A stretch of DNA of 64,000 bases, from positions 141,050,001-141,114,000 of the forward strand of contig OX597814.1 in NCBI GenBank assembly GCA_951406725.2, written 5' to 3'. The first letter of the stretch is position 1. Each line of letters opens with the position of its first letter. Below the pieces are notes generated by a model. That model did no database searches, was not told the origin of the DNA, and saw only the letters and a list, made by a program, of their open reading frames with translations. Below, piece after piece: positions 53,958 to 64,000 of the stretch. Source of the stretch: Octopus vulgaris (lineage: Eukaryota). A program made the translations under genes and the position numbers.

Positions 53958-55412
53958 CTTTCTCTCTCTTTCTCTCTCTCTCCATGCGCATATCTCATTT
54001 TACTAGAGCTTTCTAGTTTATATATTCATATATATTTACACGAAACAATTTTTCTTTTATGTACGTCAAAATTACGTACAATCTTCATATGCAATTGGAG
54101 TTTGGATTAATTTGTGTATCTGCAATAGATTTTCTCCCGGTTCTGAAAAAAAAAAACACTTGCGTATATCGTCAAAGAAATGAATTGGTTCAAAGTTATG
54201 TATATTGCATATTAGTTAACAGTGTTTCCAGAAAAAAAGCAACATAAAAAGTCAAAAACAGAAAACAAAAAGCAAAAATGTTGCCTTAGGTATGGAAATA
54301 TATGGTACATATCACTTAAGAATAAAGCGAAACTTGTATTGCTACAGGCAAAACATTTGATCAATAAATATATAACATGCGGTTGTTTCTATTTTAATTA
54401 AAATCACACAAATATAATTCCTTTCATATCATTCCACGTCGAAATGAAATATTGACTATGGAAAGGAAATAAAATACGAAGACATAGTACAAAATAATAT
54501 TGATAGAGATTTGCAATGTTGATTTTTCAAAGAAATGTGCGGATGTGTATTTACTCCGTTATAAATCTGAAGCGTATATGTTTGCGCTGATATAAAGAGA
54601 AAAAAAAACATTTGATATACGAGAATGAATGAGCGAATCAGCGCAATTTATTTTAATAGAAGAGGATTTATGCAGATGATGGCCATATATTTGATATCCA
54701 ATTGTAGTCGATGATTTACTTCTAACATAAACACAGTGTCACGTATAAAGATGAAAGATGGAACTGGAATCAAATTCTTCCGTGGGTATTATTTTCTGTA
54801 GCAATCGACTAGCTTCTGGTATTAGCGATGAAAGAGAGAGATTTTTGCGTCGAATCGTATATGTTAGGAATAAGTTGGATTGATGGCTTAAAATTCGATG
54901 CGTTTTCGAATTCAGAAATCGAACGATGATGTGCTATATTTATTCAGATGATTTTGCCTTATTTATTTAAAAAATATATTCCAATGCTACATCATGCAGT
55001 TGGTTCTCAAAGAAAAATTCAATGGTTAATCTGCGATGTGCTACAGCTGAAATTACATTTGAAAAACACTAAGGAAACCAATAATTACAATGTTTATGAA
55101 CATTGTAATATTTTACAAACAAACCAGACTTCTAGTTCATTCGGGATCATGTTGTTAGTGGATTCTTCAGTATGATTATCCTTTACTGTTTTTATGTAAA
55201 TTATGTCGGTGATAACAATGTAGTGGTCCAACAAAGTTTAATTAAACAAACTCTCACTTGTAATGAGGACAAAAATGAATTAATCACTAAACTAATTAAT
55301 CATCAGCTTAATGATTCATTCCGGTTAAGAGCGGCAAGGGAGACGACTCAGAAATTTAAATTATTAAAATTAATTAAAAAACAAAATGTGTGTGTGTGGG
55401 GGTGGGTGGGTG

Positions 55413-55660
55413 GAGGCGCGTAGCTTAGTGGTTAGGGTGTCAGCACCATGATCGTAAGATTGTGGTTTCGATTCCTAGACCGGGCGACGCGTTGTGTTCT
55501 TGAGCAAAACACTTCATTTCACATTGCTCCAGTCCACTTAGCTGGCAAAAATGAGTAACGCTGCGATGGACTGGCGTCTCGTCCAACTGGGGAACACATA
55601 CGCCATAGAAACCGGGAAACCGAGCCCATGAGCCTTGCTAGGCTTTAAAAGGGCGCATTT
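55413..55660 (+). mobile_element. SINE family C variant (alternative 3' half)
   Basis: Family C head, then CTGCGATGGACTGGCGTC...CATAGAAACCGGGAAAC tail also seen at ~11890-12110. Confidence 0.75.
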
Positions 55661-57417
55661 ATTTTATTTATTTTATATGTGTGTGTGTATATACGGAGAA
55701 GGGGTAGAGTATGATCATTGACAAGGATTGTGGCAGTTCGGAGTACGTTTGATCTTATTAAACACTCAGTATAATCAGTACATTCATTAGTTCAATTTCT
55801 ATTTCCAACTAACATAATTTGGTTTCATTTATGCTGTTAATGCTCAAAGGAAAACAATGACTGTCTCCGTATCACTTTTCTTCAGTCTCCTAAAATATGA
55901 GACCTGTGCGGCTAGGATAAGATTGGATGATAAAAGTAAAAATAACTAAATAAGGATAACAATATTGGTTTCAAATTTACACACAAGGCCTGCAAATTCG
56001 GTCAAAGGTTAAGTCGGCTACACAGACTTCAATGCTCCGGTGCTACTTATTTTAGCGATCTTAAAAGGATGAAAGCAAAATCGAACCCGGCGGAATTTGA
56101 ACTCAGAACGTAAAGACAGACGAAATGCCGTTACGCATTTTGCACGGCGTGCTAACGATTCTGCCAATATTGATAACATAACAAACAATACTTAAGCTTT
56201 TTGTCTTGATACAAAGCTATGTTCCTTTTGTCAATGTTCCGAATCCTTGCTTGTAAATTACGCTACATAATTTATTGGCTTTCAGGGATATGAAAAGCAA
56301 AAACTTCCTCAGCAGGAGTTGCATTCGAATGCAAAAGGAATAAATGCAACTATTATAATGTACTTATTGCAACATAAACTGTCTCAATTACTCACACTAA
56401 TTTTAAAAAGAAAAAAGCAATATTATAGATGCATTTTTGCACCTTGAACGTTTATCACGGGTGCTTGTTTTTAAAATGAATCCGTGTTAAATGAATCAGT
56501 GATAAATGAATCATAGAAAATCGTTACATTTGGGATGACCTTATTCTGTTTACTCCAAGAAGATTGAGTAAACAGGATAAGGCCAGAGAGAAGAGGAGAC
56601 ACAGAGAAAAAGAACCAATAGTTATTAAGAGGGTCACAAAATGTGAAGTGAAGCGAAAGTAGAATGTGAATTTGAAGTGAAGGTCGAATAGTGCGTGTAC
56701 TTATTGGCAAAGTGGCCGTCCCCAAATATAACAATATCTGTTTCAACACATGATTTCACAAGAATCTTGTAAAACAAATGCATAAACGTGAATAACGGAA
56801 CATAATGGTAAATATAGGTTTCGTTCTGAGCATTGTGAATGGTCACTGAGGTGCGCTTTTGCGGTTCAAGGACGATCTTTGGTTGACCGCTGACTCGTGT
56901 TATCACAAGAATGTGTGATAAGCGTCATACGGTTCACAGTTGAGCGTACCGTGTTATCCCTGACCAGTGATAATTGAATCAGTGATAAACGAAGACAGAT
57001 GTATTACAAGGATATCATAGAGCTTTTAAACAATAATTCACAAATGTTTACTTTATATCTTTACCTGCTTTCGAAATATTTTGCTAACATTCTCAATTCT
57101 CGCTTTTTATATCCTTTTATTTGTTTCAATTGATGGACTGGGGTCATGCGTGGGCACCGCCATGAATCGACTCCAGTATCTGTATTCTTTTAAAATTTAA
57201 CACTTATTCTATTGTCCTCTTTTGAAGAAACGCTAAAAAAAAGAAGTACTGGATGTCAAACGGTGAGAGGAAATATACAAAGACCTGCAAGCGCGTGTAT
57301 ATATATATATATATATTGGTAAAACGGTAAGATAACAAAAGAAAGAAAGAGACCTCAATATTATGTAAATAGAGGAAATTTATCTATACAATAATATGTT
57401 ACATTACTTGATAGTCA

Positions 57418-57480
57418 AGATAAAACTCTGAGTTTCAGATGCCGAAGTGGAAATCCACAACACCATCTCTTCGGTTATCT
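57418..57480 (-). ncRNA. Hammerhead motif (CCGAAGA core) in a short element flanked by (TA)n
   Basis: Reverse complement AGATAA-CCGAAGA-GATG-[22 nt]-CATC-T-GAAA-CTC-A-GAG-TT-TTATCT; stem I 6 bp. Confidence 0.7.
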
Positions 57481-57770
57481 GGCTATTATATATATATATA
57501 CACAAGGGTTGTTGAAAAGTCTCTGGCTTTGGATTAAAGACAATACAGAGGGAACAGTTAATTATGAATTTATGGTTTTATTCCCTTTCGCAGCGGTTCT
57601 TCAGTTTTTCCAAACCCTGTAAAAGAACTCGAAAAGTTGGGCCACCAACCAGGCTTTTCATAACACTCTTAAAACCAGGAACTTTTCAGCACCTCCTCGT
57701 GTGTGCGTGTAACAGAATGAATATAGGCTATTGCAGGCCCAAGAAAAGCATTAAATAGCTGAAGGACTGA

Positions 57771-57884
57771 GATTAAAATTAATCAAAGGATATACTAAGT
57801 ATGTCTGCCTGCTGGAAATAAGAACTTTGACTGTTATTTCTAGCAGGCAGACATACTTAGTATGTCCTTTGATTAATTTTAATC
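57771..57884. repeat. 51-bp-arm hairpin with 12-nt loop
   Basis: GATTAAAATTAATCAAAGGATATACTAAGTATGTCTGCCTGCTGGAAATAA and its reverse complement with two differences. Confidence 0.95.
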
Positions 57885-58505
57885 CTTCAGCTATATATAT
57901 ATGAGCTTCCTTGCAATTTTCGTTTACCAGATTCATTGATCGACCAAGGTTATAAGAAAAGGTGCTGTGGGATGTGTTTGAATCCGAATCTACGTTGTTT
58001 CTACGCAAAATTCTCAACCGCACGGCCATGCCTACGCCTGAGCTTCCACTGAGTTCGTCTAGTGCTAAATGCCTCCGGCATTTTGAAAGCCTTCACCTCC
58101 TACGTAAATTGATGATTGATAGACGAAGTCTAAGATATCTGAAACTGCGATTCTGTTTGAATTTGAAATTGATATTATTACGTCGTATGTACTTTGGAAC
58201 GAAAGAAAGAGAGAATGATGTCATACAGCGCAAACAGGGCTGCGCTGAGATTGTAGAGAGATATTGAAAGATGATATGAAAAAAAAAAGAAAAACAGGAG
58301 AGAAAAATGCTGTAATTGATAATCAAAGCGTAATTTTGAACAGTGAATATTATTTTCGTGATCGATATTAACGTCATGGCGGTGGGCTGTAATGTCGGGT
58401 AGCAGTTCATAGTGAGTGTAGTGACGGCATGTGGGAATATGGGAAATAAATGTGATATGAGATGGGTACTGTGAAGTAATTAACTTCCCTTTTATGTAGT
58501 AGTAA

Positions 58506-58825
58506 AGGCATGTGACTTAGTAGTTAGAGTATTCGGCTCACGATTGTAACGCCGTAAGTTCGATTCTCAGCCGCGTTTTGTGTCTTGGAGCAAGACTCTT
58601 TATTTCACGTTGCTCCAGTCCACTCAGCTTGCAAAAATAAGCAATACTTGTATTTCAAAGGGCCGACCATGTCACATTCTGTGTCACGTTGAATCTCTCT
58701 GAGAACCTCGTTAAGAGTACGCATGTTTGTACAGTGCTCAGCCATTTGCTCGTTAATTTCACGAGCAAGCTGTTGTGTTGATCAGATCAACTGGAACCCA
58801 TCGTAGTCGTAACCGACGGAGTGCC
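58506..58825 (+). mobile_element. Full-length SINE family C copy
   Basis: tRNA-like head, body, tail TCGTAACCGACGGAGTGCC; a minus-strand copy lies at ~60228-60483. Confidence 0.85.
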
Positions 58826-58941
58826 GTTATGTATTAGCCAAGAGGGAAGACAGACCCCCATGTCCTGTAACAGCAGTGGTCTTTAATTGCAGTCCATATG
58901 ACCCTTGGGGATCCAAGTAAGATTTTGTTGTTAAAAATGTA

Positions 58942-59353
58942 TGTGCGTAGGAGTGGCTGTGTGGTAAGTGACTTGCTTGCGAACCACATGGTTCCGGGTT
59001 CAATCCCACTGCGTGGCACTTTGGGCAAATGTATTCTACTATAGCCTCGGGCCGACCAAAGCCTTGTGAGTAGAATTGGTAGACGGAAACTGAAAGAAGC
59101 CCGTCGTATATATGTATATGTATGTGTGTGTATATGTTTGTGTGTCTGTGTTTGTCCCCCCCAACATCACTTGACAACCGATGCTGGTGTGTTTACGTTC
59201 CCGTAACTTAGCGGTTCGTCAAAAGGGACCGATAAAATAAGTCCTAGGATTACAAAGAATAAGTCCTGGGGTCGATTTGCTCGACTCATGGCGGTGCTCC
59301 AGCATGGCCACAGTCAAATGACTGAAACAAGTAAAAGAGTAAAAGAGTAAGAG
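58942..59353 (+). mobile_element. Full-length SINE family A copy
   Basis: Consensus match with (TAAAAGAG)n tail. Confidence 0.9.
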
Positions 59354-59427
59354 TGCAATAACTTGGTTGTACTTCTACAACGCGTAAAATATTTTAATAA
59401 TTTTTTTTCCTACAGTTCCTCATAATA

Positions 59428-59816
59428 TCTCTCTATATATAAACGGCAGTTTGTCTGTCTGTGTGTCTGTCAGGTTGTACCCTCACCCTGACGACGGTTT
59501 TCAACCGATTCTGGTGAAACTTGACACACACATAGCCCAATGTCATAATTCAAAACTAACGATAAATTCGACATTGGCTCGAGAATCTAAGCTTTTTATA
59601 TGCAACACATTTTCTGTCTAGGGGACACAACTCGACCATTTTATCGCCCAAAGGGACAGCTAGGAACATCGTATACACAGAAATATTCGAGTGAAGAGAA
59701 GACATTGCAACCTACACATGCGCCTTCGTTCCCTAGAGGGAAAGGACTAGATTGGGATTAGTCGTTGCCTACTAGGGAATCTTACATACCCGGGCAACGC
59801 CGGGCTATGCTGCTAG
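59428..59816 (+). mobile_element. Non-autonomous Helitron
   Basis: 5' A|TC...TATATAAA start; 3' GC-rich hairpin CCCGGGCAACGCCGGG about 10 nt before CTAG|T; no TSD. Confidence 0.8.
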
Positions 59817-61589
59817 TTTAATTATAAAAATTATAATACGATTTTTTAAAAACATCGAATAGCTATGGGAGTCCAGTAGAGTAAAACAGGAAACAAAGGG
59901 CTTCACAGACGTAAAAAATGGTTGTGAAGCGCTGTATTACTGGGCCCCCCGATACTGGTGGGAGGGAGGAAGACAGAGAAGAAGAGATTCTGAAACCGGG
60001 AACTCGGCCCGAGTGCTTGCAACAGTGCAAACGTCACTAAAAGTACCTGAAGTGCTAGGTGTTGGTGATAAACCGGGTGACGAGTTAAATCCATCACCTA
60101 AGTAGGCCTTGGTGGTATTTGAACTCAAAATGTAAAGAGCCAAAACAAATATTGCGAAGAATCCGGTTCGACGTTCTTACTATTCCGAGATTCTACTACC
60201 TTAGTTTGGTATTCCTGCTCTGCTCTAGCACTTCGTTGGTTACGATGACGAAGCCTGCTGGTAAAATTGACTTGTAGACATGCGTACTTTTAACGTAGTT
60301 CTCAAGGGAATTCAGCGCGACAGAATGTGATAAGGCTGGCTCTTTGAAATACACGCGCTACTCACTCTTGCCAGTTGAGTTGATTGGAGCAACGTGAAAT
60401 AGAGTGTCTTGCTCAAGGATACAACGTGCCACCTAGAATCGAACTCATGACTTTCCGCTCGTGAGCCGAGTACCCTAGCCACTATTTTTTTTATCGATGC
60501 CGAAAGAAAGAGAGGCAAAGATGACTTCGGTGGAATTTGAATTCAGAATGTAGAAAATCCGGACAAATAACGTAAGACGCTCTGTAGGTGAAAGCATATT
60601 TGGTATTGCTGCGGAACACTTTTACAGGTAAAACTTCAAATGGTATCTAAGCATAATCGGGTCGTCAAGGAGTTTATTTCTCAATGAGTGGTGTCTTTGA
60701 TCTTCTGTTGTAGTCTCGAAATGACTGAAGCCTTACGAACGAAATTTGATAGACGGAAATTGTGTGGAAATCCATCAGAGGGTTCCTTCCAATTCTTAGG
60801 AGACAATTTCAATCTATCGCCGGTATGTTGGTGTCTTTGGCAGAGTTCATTCTGTTGCATGCATTCCGGTCAAGTGTCTGGTTTGAGGATAACTTTCTCC
60901 CGCCTTCAGAATAATCTGGAGCTCATAGAAAACGCCATTGATCTGCCCTGTTCTTTATGATTAATTAGACTATAAAAAATAACGATGGATGATAAATGCA
61001 ATGTGATACCATCCACTAGAATCAGTACCTTCGATCAATCATTCACTAACTCTATAAAACATTTTCTAGGTTAGATTTCTTTCAACATTTCTTAGATCTC
61101 TCTCAACATGTCACGAAGTTGTTATTTCTATTTCATATAGCTGACTTGTATTTCCATTTTATATCAACACCCCCCCCACACACACACACGCACACACACA
61201 TGTATTGGAGTGGATTGCTCATGTTCAGTCCACTGCAGGACGAAGGCCTCAGCATATTCTTTCCACCAGAGAATAGCTGAAGAATATACTGGTTTGAAGA
61301 TCATACCGATTTGTGCCAGCGTGCAGTGAACTGACATAATATAATAGAGACAGAAGGCTGTGAGCTGGCAGAATCACCAGCACTTAGGAAGAAATACTTA
61401 GCGGTATTTCGTCCGTCTTTACGTCCTAAGATCAAATTCTGCCGAGGGCGACTTTGCCTTTCATCCTTTCGAGGTCAATAAAATAAGTACCCGCTGAGTA
61501 CTGGGGATGATGTAATTGACTTAACTCATTACTCCAAATTACTGGTCTTGTGCCAAAATTTGAAACCAATATATACTAGTAGCGCTGCT

Positions 61590-62275
61590 TAAGGTGACGG
61601 GCCGGAAGAATGATTAGCACAGCCGGGCGAAATGTTTAGCGGTATTACGTCTGTCGTTACGTTGTGAGTTCAAATTCCGCCGAGGTCGACTTTGCCTTTT
61701 ATCCTTTCGGGATCGATAAATTAAGTACCAGTTACGCACTGGGGTCGATGTAATCGACTTAATACCTATGTCTGTCCTTGTTTGTCCCTTCTATGTTTTG
61801 CCCCTTGTGGGTAATAAAGAAATATAAATTTCGTCTGCCGCTACGTTTTGAGTTCAAATTCCGCCGAGGTCGACTTTGCCTTTCATCCTTTCGGGGTCGA
61901 TAAATTAAGTACCAGTTACGCACTGGGATCGATGTAATCGACTTAATCCCGTTGTTTGTCCTTGTTTGTCCCCTCTGTGTGTAGCCCCTTGTGGGCAGTA
62001 AAGAAATAGGTATTTCGTCTGCCGTTACGTTCTGAATTCAAATTCCGCCGAGGTCGACTTTGCTTTTCATCCTTTCGGGGTCGATTAAATAAGTACCAGT
62101 AACGCACTGGGGTCGATATAATCGACTTAATCCGTTTGTCTGTCCTTGTTTGTCCTCTCTGTGTTTAGCCCCTTGTGGGTAGTAAAGAAATAGGTATTTC
62201 GTCTGTCCTTACGTTCAGAGATGAAATTCCTCCGAGGTCAACTTTGTCTTCCATCATTCCGGAGTCAATAAAAAT
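61590..62275 (+). repeat. Tandem array of SINE family B internal unit (~183 bp x ~3.5)
   Basis: TACGTT.TGA.TTCAAATTCCGCCGAGGTCGAC recurs at ~61658, ~61842, ~62026 and (degenerate) ~62210. Confidence 0.9.
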
Positions 62276-62600
62276 CTGAAATCGTTATAATAGGGCCGGA
62301 ATCCCTGTAGGGCTATGACGACAGGGGAAGTGACACATCGTCAACATTTATTTTTACTGTAATAACTTCTTTTGGCGCAAAATAAATAAACTGACCTGGG
62401 ATGGGAAATGAAAAGCAATTAATTTTATGTGTAAACATGTTTAGTCTTGTATTTATAAATACCTTGGAATTACTGCCGGTACAACAAACACACGTATATA
62501 CTTCCTACCATTCACTCATGCATATGCACACACATACTTCTCTAAAAGCAGCCTATATTAAATGAGACGGAAGAAAAAGGGTTCGCGCCAGTGAACTTAA

Positions 62601-62809
62601 CCCTTTGTCATTCAGATTATTCTGTCAAATGTTATATTTATTTATCTAGATTGCTTTGAATTAATCATGCATTATCTCATAGCTTGAAGATTTCAATGAT
62701 GTGACTATTCATATTTTGAATGAAATTATAAGGTAGGTGTGAAAGGTCAGATCTGGCCTGTTTGAACATAAAACATGTAGGAAATTTGGCCGGTTTAAAT
62801 GCTAAAGGG
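62601..62809. mobile_element. piggyBac-like MITE
   Basis: TTAA|CCCTTTGTCATTCA...TAAATGCTAAAGGG; right TTAA not retained. Confidence 0.5.
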
Positions 62810-63149
62810 AATAGATGGATCTCCATCGTTTTCGACGATCAATTGAATTATTTGCTCATTGAATCAGCATGTTATTGGCTGAGTTTTCCACAGTCATATT
62901 TATCCTTAACATAATTCTCATGCAAATTCAACGTGTTAGAGCGCGGTAAGACGGGGACCTTAAAATTACAAATACAATCAGTTCGGCAGGCTTCTACACA
63001 GCTTCTGTCCACTCAATTTCCCTTACAATGTCCAAGGTGCAACCCATAAGGGCCGAACCCGGGATGTCGGAACAGTGAAGCAAAGTCTACGTAGCCGTAA
63101 AGTATTTATAGTTTATCTACTACCATTCTTGGTGGACTTCTTTTACCAT

Positions 63150-63530
63150 GTACTTGTTTCAGACATTGAACTACGGCCATGATGGGGCTTCGACCTTGAA
63201 GGGTTTAATCGAGCAACTCAACTACAATAATGTTTATTTTAAAGTCTGGTATTTATTCTATCATCCACGTTTTGTCGAACCGCTGGGTTACAGTGATGTA
63301 AGCAAACCAACACCGGTGGTAAAGCGATGAGTGGGCGACACACACAAACAAAAGACACAGACAGACAGACAGACACACACACATGATGGGCTTTCACACA
63401 GTTTCTGTATACCAAATTCACTTACAAGGCATAGTAGAAGATTCGGGCCCACGGTGCCGTGCAGTGGAATAAAACCGGTATCATGTTGGTGGGAAGCAAA
63501 CTTCCTAACCATACAGCCATGTCTGCGCAT
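63150..63530 (-). mobile_element. Degenerate SINE family A copy
   Basis: Reverse match to family A. Confidence 0.7.
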
Positions 63531-63639
63531 GTTTAAAATCCAAGAAAAGATTATCACTTTTTGATTTGACAAAATAAAGTGGTATGGTTTAAAAACTATA
63601 TGGTAAGGTTGACAGCTTTACAAACCCTACTATATACAC

Positions 63640-63778
63640 GTTCTTTGATTCTCATCTTCTTTGATTCCCATGTTCTTTTATTCCTATGATCTTTGATTCC
63701 CATGTTCTTTGATTCCCATGTTCTTTGATTCTCATGTTCTTCGGTTCCCATGTCTTTGATTCCCATGTTCTTTGATTA
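63640..63778. repeat. 16-bp minisatellite (TTCTTTGATTCCCATG)n, about 8 units
   Basis: Direct reading. Confidence 0.9.
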
Positions 63779-64000
63779 TGGTTTAATTTTCTTACATGTT
63801 TCTGGATGTCTCGTATGCATAAGTGTCATCTGGATGGAAAGTCAGAAATTCATCTGTCGAGAATGAGCAATCACCACATATCTGTGTGTGTGTGTTTATC
63901 ATAGGAGCCGCCGAAAACGTTTTTCTTCAGGTAGTGCATGGAAGGAAATACGTGTTGATTTCTTATCTTCCACGTGAAAGGCCTGAGAGGAACACATCAC

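Noticed and set aside
61590-62275. Regular repeat array, CRISPR-like at first sight
   Set aside because: Whole ~183-bp unit repeats with no unique spacers; eukaryotic SINE sequence and no cas genes

Overview
Eukaryotic, AT-rich, repeat-dominated DNA with no recognisable intact host protein-coding gene. The microsatellite density and SINE families suggest an octopod cephalopod (inference, not checked). Supported content: a tRNA-Thr cluster (two AGT genes, one TGT gene, one decayed AGT copy at 1.1-7.3 kb); three abundant SINE families; decayed DNA transposons (Tc1, hAT/Charlie, Merlin, MULE, Helitron, several MITEs); non-LTR fragments (a near-intact R4/Dong RT-RLE element, a second R4/Dong piece, CRE-like, CR1-like and I/Jockey-like remnants); and a Penelope-like GIY-YIG fragment. 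Most of the supplied ORFs are microsatellite or SINE artefacts. The most notable signal read from the sequence is a set of about ten minimal type I hammerhead-ribozyme motifs with unrelated stems. Many sit in short elements inside (TA)n tracts, three are folded back into long palindromes, and one lies downstream of the GIY-YIG ORF. All coordinates were counted by eye and repeat boundaries are approximate.
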